A stretch of DNA of 63,064 nt, counting the filler, from Chiloscyllium plagiosum (taxonomy: Eukaryota), in the NCBI RefSeq assembly GCF_004010195.1. It is 5 parts of one record of this genome, joined end to end, with 100 filler letters (N's around TTAATTAATTAA, not from the genome) between each part and the next. Parts side by side here need not be neighbours in the genome. Positions count along the whole stretch, not along the records: positions 19,825 to 37,475 come from NC_057710.1; positions 37,576 to 52,429 come from NC_057710.1; 3 more parts are not named here. One strand, 5' to 3'. Under the pieces are notes generated by a model. That model made no database searches. It saw only the letters and a list, made by a program, of their open reading frames with translations, and had not been told where the DNA came from. A program made the translations under genes and the position numbers. This document shows positions 35,170 through 47,189 of this stretch, in pieces; the first letter of the stretch is position 1; every line of letters starts with the position of its first letter.

Positions 35170-37333
35170 GCAGAGGGTCATTTGGGCACATTTGCTACGG
35201 TTTTCACCAAGGAAAGGGAACTTGTTGTAAATGAAAACTTAGAGGAGCTGTGATACAGTCTTGACCAGATCAAGACTGATGAAGATGATGAGCTAGAAAT
35301 TTTGGAAAACATTAAGATTGATAAGTCCCCAGGACCAGAGCAGATTTATCCTAGGCTGCTCCGGGAAGCGAGAAAGAATGTTGCTAAGCCGCTGGCGAGG
35401 ATATTTGCCTCCTCACTCTCCATGGGAGTTTTACTGGAGGATTAGAAGGAGGTGAATGTTGTTCCACTTTTCAAGAAGGATAATAGGGAAATCCCTGGCA
35501 ATTACAGACCAGTCAGTCTCACGTCTGTGGTCAGCAAAGTTGTGGAAAGAATTCTGAGGGATAGGATTTATGTGGGAAGCCAGAGAAGTGATTGCTGGGC
35601 CTCTTGCTGAAATATTTGTATCATCGATAGTCACAGGTGAAGTGCCGGAAGACTGGAGGTTGGCAAACATGGTGCCACTGTTTAAGAAGGGTGGTAAGGA
35701 TAAGCCAGGGAACTATAGACCATTGAGTCTGACCTCGATGGTGGGCAAGTTGTTGGAGGGAATCCTGAGTGACAGGATGTACATGTATTTGGAAAGGCAA
35801 GGACTGATTCGGGATAGTCAACATGGCTTTGTGCGTGGGAAATCATGTCTCACAAACTTGATTCAGTTTTTTGATGAAGTAATAAAGAAGATTGATGAGG
35901 GCAGAGCAGTAGATGTGATCTATATGGACTTCAGTAAGGCATTCGACAAGGTTCCCCATGGGAGACTGATTAGCAAGGTTAGATCTCATGGAATACAGGG
36001 AGAACTAGCCATTTGGATACAGAACTGTCTCAATGGTAGAAGACAGAGGGTGGTGGTGGAGGGTTGTTTTTAAGACTGGAGGCCTGTGACCATTGGAGTG
36101 CCACAAGGATCGGTACTTTTTGCCATTTACATAAATGATTTGGATGTGAACATAAGAGGTACAGTTAGTAAGTTTGCAGATGACACCAAAATTGGTGGTG
36201 TAGTGGACAGCGAAAAGGGTTACCTCAGATTACAACAGGATCTTGACCAGATGGGCCAATGGGCTGAGAAGTGGCAGATGGAGTTTAATTCACTTAAATG
36301 CAAAGTGCTGCATTTTGGGAAAGCAAATCTTAGCAGGACTTATACGCTTAATGGAAAGGTCCTAGGGAGTGTTGCTGAACAAAGAGACCTTGCAGGTTTA
36401 TAGCTCCTTGAAAGTGGAGTGGCAGGTAGATAGGATAGGGAAGAAGGCGTTTGGTATGCTTTCCTTTATTGGTCAGAGTATTGAGTACAGGAGTTGAGAG
36501 GTCATGTTGCGGCTGTAAAGGACATTGGTTAGGCCACTGTTGGAATATTGCATGCAATTCTGGTCTCCTTCCTATTGGAAAGAGGTTGTGAAACGTGAAA
36601 GGGTTCAGAAAAGATTTACAAGGATGTTGCCAGGGTTGGAGGATTTGAGCAAAATGGAGAGGCTGAACAGGCTGGGGCTGTTTTCCCTGGAGCATCGGAG
36701 GCTGAGGGGTGACCTTATAGAGGTTTGCAAAATTATTAGGGGCATGGATAGGATAAATAGGCAAAGTCTTTTCGCAGGGGTTGGGGAGTCCAGAACGAGA
36801 GGGCATAGGTTTAGGGTGAGAGGGGAAAGATATAAAAGACACCTAAGGGGCAACTTTTTCACGCAGAGGGTGGTACATGTATGGAATGAGCTGCCAGAGG
36901 ATGTGATGGAGACTGGTACATTTAAGAGGCATTTGGATGGGTATATGAATAGGAAGGGTTTGGAGGGATATGGACTGGGTGCTGGCAGGTGGGACTAGAT
37001 TGGGTTGGGATATCTGGTCGGCATGGACGGGTTGGACCGAAGGGTCTGTTTCCATGCTGTACATTTCTATGACTCTATGACTATTTGGCAAAGCATTGTG
37101 TGATTAAAGGCATGGCTTTGTGAGGGGCAGGTCATGCTTCATAAATCTTATTGAGCTCTTTGAGGAGGTGTCAAGACAGGTCAACGACGGTCGAGCAGTG
37201 GATGTGGTGTATATGGATTTCAGCAAGGCATTTGATAGGGTTCCCCATGGTAGGCTAATTCATAAAGTCAGGAAGTATGGGATACAGGGAGATTTGGCTA
37301 TCTGGATTCAGAATTGGCTGGCTGACAGAAGGC
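35170..37333 (+). mobile_element. CR1 (35572-37080) nested in another CR1
   Basis: RT motifs GNYRPLSLTS, YMDFSKAFDKVPH, VSKFADDTK; tail ctatgactctatga; host reading resumes at 37081. Confidence 0.9.
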
Positions 37334-37475
37334 AGAAAGTGAGGACTGCAGATGCTGGAGATCAGAGCTGAAAAATGTGTTGCTGGAAAAGCGCAGCAGG
37401 TCAAGCAGCATCCAAGGAGCAGGAGAATTGACTTTTCGGGCATAAGCCCTTCTTCAAGAATGAGGAAGGTGTGCC
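37334..37475 (-). mobile_element. Penelope pseudo-LTR at contig end
   Basis: Matches palindrome arms. Confidence 0.85.
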
Positions 37476-37575
37476 NNNNNNNNNNNNNNNNNNNNNNNNN
37501 NNNNNNNNNNNNNNNNNNNTTAATTAATTAANNNNNNNNNNNNNNNNNNNNNNNNNNNNNNNNNNNNNNNNNNNN
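37476..37575. other. Artificial contig join
   Basis: N44-TTAATTAATTAA-N44. Confidence 0.95.
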
Positions 37576-37910
37576 CCCCTCCCCCCACCTTACCTCAGTC
37601 CCAACCCTCGGACTCAGCACCGCCTTCTTGACCTGCAATCTTCTTCCCGAACTCTCTGCCCCACCCCCTCTCCGGCCTATCAGACTCACCTTAACCTCCT
37701 TCCACCTATCGCATTCCCAACGCCTCTCCCCCAATCCCTCCTCCCTATCTTTTATCTTAGCCTGCTTGGCACACCTTCCTCATTCCTGAAGAAGGGCTTA
37801 TTCCTGAAAAGTCGATTCTCCTGCTCCTTGGATGATGCCTGACCTGCTGCACTTTTCCAGCAACACATTTTTCAGTTCTGATCTCCAGCATCTGCAGTCC
37901 TCACTTTCTC
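37576..37910 (+). mobile_element. Penelope pseudo-LTR at contig start
   Basis: Pyrimidine-rich region followed by cctgaagaagggctt and terminus ctcactttctc. Confidence 0.85.
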
Positions 37911-38311
37911 TAATGCAAAACGCTGCCCAGGTATGTCCTATACATAAAGAGTAGGAAAAATCCAACCCGGTCATTAACCGCTATTCTATTCTCAATCATC
38001 AGTAAAGTGATGGAAGGTGTCATCAACAGTGCTTTCAAGCAGCACCTATTCAACAATAACCTTCTCAGTGACGCCCAGTTAGGGTTCTGTCAGGGCCACT
38101 TAACTCCTGAACTCATTACATCCTTAATTTAAACAGGGACAAAAGTACTCAATTCCAGAGGCGAAGTCAGAGAGATAGCCCTTGACATCAAGGTCGCATT
38201 CCTCCAAGTGTGGTATCAAGGAGCCCTAGCAAAACTGGAATCAATGAGTATAGGAGGCAAACTCTCTGCTGGTTGAAGTCATACCTTGCATACAGGAAGA
38301 TGGTTGTGGTT

Positions 38312-38631
38312 ATTAGATTAGATTAGATTACTTACAGTGTGGAAACAGGCCCTTCGGCCCAACAAGTCCACCCTGACCCGCTGAAGCGCAACCCACCCAT
38401 ACCCCTACATTTACCCCTTTACCTAACACTACGGGCAATTTTAGCATGGCCAATTCACCTGACCTGCACATCTTTGGATTGTGGGAGGAAACGGGAGTAC
38501 CCGGAGGAAACCCACACAGACACAGGGAGAATGTGCAAACTCCACACAGTCAGTCGCTTGAGGCGGGAATTGAACCCAGGTCTCTGGCGCAGTGAGGCAG
38601 CAGTGCTAACCACTGTGCCACCGTGCCGCCC
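38312..38631 (-). mobile_element. HE1-type V-SINE inserted in an L2-group LINE remnant
   Basis: Full reverse-complement match to 7323-7654 with (gatta)n tail. Confidence 0.9.
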
Positions 38632-40331
38632 ACATTGGAGTCAGTCATCTCAGCTTCAGGGCATCTCTGCAGGAGTTCCTCAGAGCAGTGTCTTAAGTTC
38701 AATCATCTTCAGCACAAAATGAGAAATGGGGATGTATCCTGATGATTTCACAATGCATTTGCCCTCTACATCCTTTTGGATAAAATGCATAACCTCACAT
38801 CTTTCCATATTCTTTCAAATGCCACTCCATTCTGTCAGTCCAGATGTGTCCAGTTCCTCTCAGTTTTGTTTTAAACCGTTGTAAGTTTGGTATCAGTGAA
38901 TTTTCTAATTTTACTCTCCACTTCAATATGCAATACAGATAGCATTGGTCCTGGTTGAGGTGCACACTTCCATCCTCCAGGCTGATAAATACTATTTATC
39001 ATGACTTATATTATAAATTAGATTACTCACAGTGTGGAAACAGGCCCTTCGGCCCAACAAGTCCACACTAACCCTCCGATGAGCAACCCATCCAGACCCA
39101 AGTAGGTCCCAGGTAGGATTCCTAATTTATTATCATTTCAGACAGGACACTTCCTGGTTATTTTCCTGAGTAAGGGAGGGAGAAGGGACTTCCCTCCTGT
39201 CTCAACCCTTTCCCTGGTTCACCAAACAAGGTTAACCTAAAAGGAATCCTTTTCGCATGGATATATTTTCTCAGCCGAACATATTTAAAATTTAAATGGA
39301 GCTAATTCAACCAGGCTTTCTTGAGTTAAAGAACTGTAGAAACAGAGAAACAAGGAAGAGTAGGTCAGTCAGCCCTTCATGTCCACTCCACAATTCAATC
39401 TGAGCATGACTGATCATTTATCTCAATGCCACACTTCCACTTCCTCTCCAAAGACCTGGGTACCTGTCAAATCTAAAGCTTGTCTATCTCTTTCTTGAAT
39501 ACATTAAGTGACTCATTTGTGGTATAAGAACCTTCTATGGTGGAGAATTCCACAGGTTCACTACCTTTGAATAAATAAGTTTTTCATGGCATTTCGAAAT
39601 AGCTAACACCATCTCCTGAGACTCTGACCCCTGGTTCGAGACTCCCTAACTCAGGGGAACATTCTCCCTGTATTCAGTCTGTTGAGACCTGTTGGAATGT
39701 TGTATGTTTTAATCAGATCCCCTCTCATCCTTCTAAACTCTAATGAATATGGCCTAGTCAAATCAATCTCTTCTCATATCTCTCTGCCACCAGCCCCAGA
39801 ATTAACATATTGAATACTGACTGGACTTCCTAAGGTAAATGATACCCAGTTAGGGTTCCATCAGGACCACTTGGCTCCTGAACTCATTACATGTATGGCA
39901 AGTATGTCCTTTCTTAGGCTGGAAGACTAAAACTGCATACAATGCACCAGGTCTGATCTCACCGGGCACCTGTATAACTACAGTAAGACATTCCCCTACT
40001 TCTAAACTCAAATTCTCTTAGGATGAGTGGAAACATACCATTCCTCACTTGCCTTGTGAGCAAACTATGATGTATTGCATTCCGTTCCCTCATACATGTC
40101 ACTTATATACATACTGTGAACAGCTGGGACTCGAGCACTGATTCCTATAGTACACCATTCACAGCCTGCAACCCAGAAAAAAACCCACTTATTACCACAC
40201 TATGCCTGTCAACCAGTTCTCAATCCGTGCCAGTATATTATTCTGATCTTGCATGCCTTAACTTTATCCAACAGCCTCTTGAGCAGGACATTATAAAAAG
40301 CTTCCTCAAAAATATGACATATTAACTGGTT

Positions 40332-40634
40332 GGAGGAGAAAGTGAGGTCTGCAGATGCTGGAGATCAGAGCTGAAAATGTGTTGCTGGAACAGCGCAGCA
40401 GGTCAGGCAGCATCCAGGGAACAGGAGAATGTAGGTAATTCTAAAAGTGCTGATTTTTGCAGTTGATTAGTTGTTTGGAGATTCTTGGTTCTGCAGGAAA
40501 CTGGAAGGATTTTGTCAAGTTTCCTTCAGCAGTGGTTTTGCTGTCATGACTTGCTTCGGACATAAGCCCTTGATTCTCCTGTTCCCTGGATGCTGCCTGA
40601 CCTGCTGCGCTGTTCCAGCAACACATTTTCTCAG
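40332..40634. mobile_element. Penelope-terminus palindrome containing a captured 126-bp genomic segment
   Basis: TSD catattaactggtt 40318-40331 / catattacctggtt 40635-40648; 40428-40553 identical to 40979-41104. Confidence 0.92.
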
Positions 40635-41329
40635 CATATTACCTGGTTCTCTATTATCTATTCCACTGGTTACATCCTCAGCAAACTCTAGTAGAATGGT
40701 AAAATATGATTTTCCTCCATAAATCTGTTGACTTTGTTTAATTCTAGTAATGCTTTCCAAGTGCTCTGTTATCATATCTTTTACAACTGACTCAGGCATT
40801 GTCTTCCAAATTTGATGTTATGCTGGCTGATCTACTAAAATGTGAGAAAGACAATAAAGCATGACATGCTCACAGAGCCTATAAATGAGAGAAGTATCCA
40901 AAAAAGTAGAAGTCAGAAAACAAAAATCAATTTTTGGCTTCACTTTGGTAAATATCTTATCAAAGGTTGAAGATTGCTAATGTAGGTAATTCTAAAAGTG
41001 CTGATTTTTGCAGTTGATTAGTTGTTTGGAGATTCTTGGTTCTGCAGGAAACTGGAAGGATTTTGTCAAGTTTCCTTCAGCAGTGGTTTTGCTGTCATGA
41101 CTTGTTTTCAGCAGAGAAAGTCTTAATTTTCTTTTTGGGGACTGATGACAATGGTCTTGAAAGGGAGGGGGATTATGCCTGAGGGAAAATAATTTACGTC
41201 AACTGAATCAGGCATTCAGAAAAGACGGCTAGCCAACAGATTAGTGCAAACAGGGGCAAAGAGCAGGAAGCACATTACAGGAACAAAATATGCACAAAAA
41301 AAACTTGGGGCAGGGGAGAAATGAAGCAA

Positions 41330-41765
41330 AAGAGCAAAGAAAAACTATTTGTTACAAGGGCCTTAAGTGACATCTCAAGAGCATCTGAAAGCACTATTCA
41401 GCCAAAGCAGTGCTTCTGAAGTTGCAATGAGATTATCAAACCAATGTCAGATTAATATTTAGTGCTGCAGGAAAATGCAGCACTAAATATTAATCTGATA
41501 TTGGTTTGACAATCTGATTTTCATAAAGGGATAAATATTGACCAGGACATGAAATGAAACTCTCCTGCTCTTCTTTGGAGTAATGCCATGGGACCTTTCA
41601 TGTCTCAAATAAACAGGGCCTTGATTTAATGTCCCATTGAAAACTGCAGCACTTTCTCAGTGTTACACTGAAGTGTAAGACTTGATTTATATTTTCACAT
41701 TCTAGAGTGGAACTTGAATCCATAACCTTCTGACTTGAAGACAGTGCTCCCAACTGTAGCCTATA
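41330..41765 (-). mobile_element. Deu-domain SINE remnant containing a 40-bp inverted repeat
   Basis: ctctcctgctcttctttggagtaatgccatggga and gagtggaacttgaatccataaccttctgact resemble the Deu-SINE core and tRNA head. Confidence 0.55.
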
Positions 41766-42391
41766 CCAATTAGAAAATGAAGCCGTTTCATGGATAGGAA
41801 AGCTGAACAGATGTTTCCAATTTAGTGACAAAGTCAACTGTGAGCTTCTCCAATTTGTTGGTGGAGAGGAAGACATTAGGGTTGGGGTGAGGATGTTCAG
41901 AGATAAGTTTGGAAGTGCAGTAAAGTATTGTCGAAAATACCCCACCATCACACCCACATTTTAACAAAGCCTTTTGCCTATATGAATGGGGACAACTCAC
42001 CAATAACACCAAAGAGAGTAATTTGTGAGGGGAAAGTGCCAATTAATTTTCAAGTAGATACACTGACAGTTGTTGCTAAGGAGAATGCACTAATAAATAA
42101 TGGCTGTCAGTTCACTGTATAACTTTGATTAAGTTTTAATCAAGACAAATTCACTCCAATTTGGCAAGACGTTGCCTTGAGTATACTCACACAATAAAGA
42201 TTTTGTTTTACCTTGCTATAATATTTCTTGTGAATTGTCCCACTGAATGTAAGATAAAAACTTCAAAAGAAGATCTTCTATGAGCAACACTCAAGATCTA
42301 TATTGTCTAATGACTATAACTGGGGGAAAAACAACAAATTACCCTTGCTTTTATGTACAATTCTAGAATAGTAATAGAGCTAGTATGGCTT

Positions 42392-43029
42392 TGTCAAATG
42401 GACCAGGCCAGACCCCCTCAAAATATTTTAAGAAGGTAGCCTAGAATCCTAATTTTTCTGATTTTGAAGTTAGATGTGAAGTGGGTGTTCCAGATGTGGT
42501 ACAACTCGTCAAACTCTCGATGTCAAACAAAACACAATTTATTTAAATGCTATATTTTTAAAAAACAAACAAAAGAAAGAGGAATTAAAATAACTTAATT
42601 ATTGGAAAACTTAAATAAATATTAGATACAGTACTATTACTAATTAACTGTTCTAAAATAGTAACAGCCCATAAATACACCCCTTGGCAATAAGGCAAAT
42701 TCAAACACAGATTCTTACATGCCATTCTACAATCCAGAAGGGAAAAAACATCAAGAGAAATTTCACAAAAAGTAGCAATTAGAAACTATCCACTGAAGTT
42801 TCCAACCCTTTGAGAACCCAATGGCTTCTGATGCTAAAGCTTAAAACAAAATGAGAAAGCCTGGAGAGAGAGAGCTGGCCACACCCAGGCTGCTTTAATT
42901 AGTCCAACTTGGAAAAACAAACTCCCAAGGACTCACAATGTGTTTACTTAAGTAGTCTTCAGTAGTCAGATCGACACCTCTGCCTTGAAACCTCTCTTAA
43001 AAAAAACCTTTAAAAGTGACATCATCACA
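42392..43029. mobile_element. Possible solo LTR
   Basis: TG...CA bounded ~640-bp block with AATAAA on the minus strand, composition like the LTR at 48274; TSD not clear. Confidence 0.35.
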
Positions 43030-44262
43030 CTTCCTAACTGCCATCTGAACAATGTTAAAGGTAAAATAATCCCGACCTAGCACTCTCAAGTCCTTTTGTG
43101 CTTCAGACTTCCAAAGACTTTTGCCATTTAGAAAATTGTCTACACTCCTCCTTTGCACCAAAGCACATAACTTCATACTTTTCCACATTGTATTCCATCT
43201 GCCAGTTTTTTGACCATCTCCTAGCCTCCTTGTTTCCTCAACACTACTTATCCCTCCAGCTATATTTGTCTCATTTGCAAACGTAGCAACAATGAAGTCA
43301 GTTCCTTCAACCAATACTGGCCCCTACAGAACTCCACTAATCACTGGCAGCTTCTCTGCCTTCTGCCAGTCAGCAAGTCTTCTATCCATGCAACTACCTT
43401 GCCCCTAACACCAGAGGCTCTTTTCTTATTTGGCAGCCTCCTGTGTGCCATCTTGCAAAATGCATTCTTTGCAATTCAAATAGATCACATCCACTGGCTC
43501 TCCTTTGTCTGACATGCCCCTCATGATTTTATAAACCTTTATAAGATCTCCCCTCAGCCTCAGATGTTCCAACCTATTCAATCTCTCTCTAGAGCTCAAT
43601 CCCTCTAACCCTGGCAACATCCTTGTAAATCTTTTCTGAACCTTTTCAAATTTCATAACATCCTTCCTATAGCCAGGAGAGCAGAACACAATGCAGTATT
43701 CCAAAACCAGCTGAACAAATATCCCATACAACTGCAACTTGACCTCTCAACTCCGATACTCAATGCTCTGACCAATAAAGAAAAGCATACCAAGTGCTTT
43801 CTTCACTCCATTAACAAACATATAGATTTGGAGCCCATCTACCAATCTCTCAGCAACATAACTGGAAATGATATCACCTGCCACAACAAACCGAGATAGG
43901 TAAATAGCAAGCGGGACAGAATATCAACACTTCACCAGAGGCTCACTGGTGCTGTTACCTAGCATGGTGATGAAATGTCTGAGAACAAATCCACCAGCGT
44001 AGTGAGCAAACTTACAATCTGATCCACAACCTGAGCTACAAATCTCCAAAATCTCAAGCTTTCTTCATTATCCTGTCTAGCTGCGACTCCACTTTCACGA
44101 AGCTATGAACCTGCATTCCAAGGTCTCTCTGTTCAGTAACACTACCCAGGACCTTACCATTAAGTGTATAAGTCCTGATAAGGTTTGCCTTACCAAAATG
44201 CAGCACCTCACATTTATGTAAATTAAACTCCATCTCGCACTCCTTGACCCCTTGGCCCATCA
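43030..44262 (-). mobile_element. Nested CR1 fragments
   Basis: VQKRFTRMLPGL, MEFN..KCEVLHFG, FA.ET.I.G motifs. Confidence 0.8.
43806..44057 (+). mobile_element. Second Penelope family 3' end with decayed hammerhead, 10-bp TSD
   Basis: SINKHIDLEPIYQ C-terminal motif; TSD gctttcttca 43796-43805 / 44058-44067; hammerhead-like 43942-43983. Confidence 0.7.
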
Positions 44263-45629
44263 ATTCAAGGGCAATTGGGGATAGGAAACTACAAGCATTG
44301 TCAGAGATGCCTATATCCCATTGAAGAATAAATTATAAAATCTACAATGGAATCAGGAAGACATGTTTAAATTGGATCTGGCAATGTCATGCCAGAAGAC
44401 AACAGCGGTTTACAATGGGGATCAATCATTTTCTAGAAACTCTCTCTTTGGAATGTCCCAGCTAACTGATGGGAGCTCGACTCTCCTTAACACGTTAAGT
44501 TAAATTTTAAAAAGGGTGATACTATTTGCAGTGTGGTTTATGCATCAGGAAAAAGTCAAAACCATTTAAATTCATTGTTAAATGATCTCCTAGAATTTCA
44601 ACAGTGGCTGAAATGTTTGGCATTGCACCAACACAAAAAAGGGATTCACCCAAAGATTGCTTTAAGTTCTATAGTTAAATTGCTCAAAAGGTCGGCGTAT
44701 ACAGCCATAACTAGTAATTAATCTTAAAAAACAATTTTCAACACAGTTTCCATGTTCAGCAGTTAACATCCAAATTGAGATGGTTCTTGGATTTGAGGAG
44801 AAATTTTAGGGATTGCAACAAAAAAATAGCAATACCTTACCAAGCATTTACTTATCCCCTCAAGTGTACATGTTCCACATGGAGATATTAGGTTACGGTC
44901 AAAGATGTGTTAGATAACTTGACAGATATTATACAGGCAATACACCAGTGTCAAATCTTTAACCAAAGGTTTGGAATAGCAATTATGATGGAAAAGGAAG
45001 GGGGAAGTGTGAAAAAGAGACTGACCACATTCTAAGATATGGAATAGATTGATGGGAATGAACAGAAACAAGTATCGCGTGCCCTTGGGCAATGAGAAAA
45101 GGCCAGGTAGCCATCCACACAAACTAAAAGGATCATTTGTTTTGAAGACATTGTATTATCAGTCTTACCTTCCAAGGTGAATCTTACAATACAACAAGCT
45201 GCCAACGGTCCATCACTTGAAATCTTCAAGTCCCATCTTTAGATTTTTTCCACGTGAAAGTTTTCATTCCCAGGATTACCATCTCAATAGACCAAGCTGG
45301 TTAGCCAGTGCTACCCATACTGGAAAGCTACCAGCATTCAGATATTAGTCTGTGATCCAATCACAACCAAAACAGAGGCGGAAATGCTCAACGTTTGTGC
45401 ACCAATTTGATTGCCCTTTGGTCTGGGACCAAAGAAAAATGTTGACATAATTTAAAAAACAGTACTTCACAACATGTGCAGCTGAGCAGACATAATTTTG
45501 GAATTTAATCTGAACTGTGGCACGACAATATATACTGCACATTACATGTCCCAGAAATAAACGGAAGTGTAGAACAATTTAGTTCATGCAGGTAATTACA
45601 ACATGTATACAATTGAAAATTTGGCTTCT

Positions 45630-46000
45630 ACTTGGGGACTCCAACAGTTTCCTCATTTCCCTTTCCCCCACCTCACCCCGGTCCCAAACTTCCAGCTCAG
45701 CATTGTCCCTATGACTTGTCCTACCTGCCTATCTTCCTTTCCACCTATCCACTCCACCCTCCTCCTTGATCGATCACCTTCATCCCCTCCCTCACTTACC
45801 TATTGTACTCTATGCTACTTTCTCCCCACCCTCACCCTCCTCTCATTTATCTCTCCAATCTTCAGGCACTCTGCCTGTATTCCTGATGAAGGGCTTTTGC
45901 CCGAAACATCAATTTTACTGCTCCTCAGATGCTGCCTGAACTGCTGTGCTTTTCCAGCACTACTAATCCAGAATCTGGTTTCCAGCATCTGTAGTCATTG
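45630..46000 (+). mobile_element. Penelope 3' fragment with hammerhead core (45883-45910)
   Basis: ctgatgaagggcttttgcccgaaacatc. Confidence 0.8.
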
Positions 46001-46122
46001 AATAATGTTAGGTAAAAACAGAGTCAACCTGGCAAACAACAACATTCACCAACTACAAACAGTCTGAAGTCCAGCTACTCAATTGTGCATAGCGATGTTC
46101 CATAAACTAACTAACTGGTGTG

Positions 46123-46293
46123 GAGAAAGTGAGGACTGTTGATGCTGGACATCAGAGTCGAAAAGTCTGGCTCTCAAAGTACAGCGGGTCAGGCAGCATC
46201 CAAGGAGCAGGAGAGTCGACATTTCGGGCATAAGCCCTTCATCAGGAATGCTGCCTGACCTGTTGTGTTTATCCAGGGCAATACGTTTTGACT
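46123..46293. mobile_element. Diverged Penelope-terminus palindrome with ~16-bp imperfect TSD
   Basis: Flanks ctaactaactggtgtg / ctaagtatctggtgtg; minus-strand core 46218-46245. Confidence 0.7.
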
Positions 46294-47189
46294 CTAAGTA
46301 TCTGGTGTGTTATTTTCAGATTGCATTCTTATTTAGGCATATAGGAAGCAGACCTTTTTATTTATGACATGGAGCTGACATATTTCCAAGATCCAACTAT
46401 TTTCTGTTTAGAGGTCTAAAGCACAGACAGGAATACCCAAGTGTTCTTTTTCAAAAGCAAAACTGAGATTTTTGAAATCAAAACACAAATGTGTCTGCAA
46501 TTTAAACAATATTCCAATAAGGGTAATAGTCAAACTATTTTACTAATTCTAAGTACTACTTCAGCAGAAAATATGAAGCAATACACAAACTTTGCATAAT
46601 CCTTCAGAAGATTATGACTTGACAGAAGCACTGACTATTTAACTTCAAACAAAAAGTTGAACACCTAATTAGCGATTGATATAAATAATTATACCCAAGA
46701 CACAGCACATTCAAGACCATTAATTTCAAACTACACCAAGGACAATTGTGATGCAGCAGTAATGCCACAATTGCTGAATCAGGAAGCCTGTGTTCAAGAT
46801 CCACCTACTCGAGAGGTGTGAAGGGACATCTCTGAACAGATTGATCATAAATTACCTTCAAACGATACCATTTGGCTTGGCAAATTAAGGCCTTCCTTTG
46901 CATAGCTACTTCAACATAAGTTTTAAGTATAGTTTTACCCTACGGAGAGTAATAACGTTCTAGGAAAGACATGGAGCTTACATAAGAACACGGATGGCAA
47001 ACATATAAAATGGAACATTGTCTTTCAGAAGATCACCAACTTTGTGACTCATTTGAAAATAGTATTATATTCTTAGAGACTATAAAAACAAACTTTTGAA
47101 GATGTTTTCAATTACAACTCGTTATCCTACTTGCTGTCTATTGTCATCTATTTTGCTTCAATTTACATTGAAATTAAATTAGCAGAATT

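Noticed and set aside
37334..37910. Inverted Penelope termini on both sides of the join as one large palindrome
   Set aside because: Outer flanks share no TSD and the host elements differ (CR1 left, L2-group right); probably two repeat-caused contig breaks
45165..45229. Minus-strand SDGPLAACCIVRFTLEG followed by GTAAG, faintly like ATRN exon 2
   Set aside because: Spacing and residues do not match TDGPGNYKYKTKCTWLIEG and there is no good acceptor in frame
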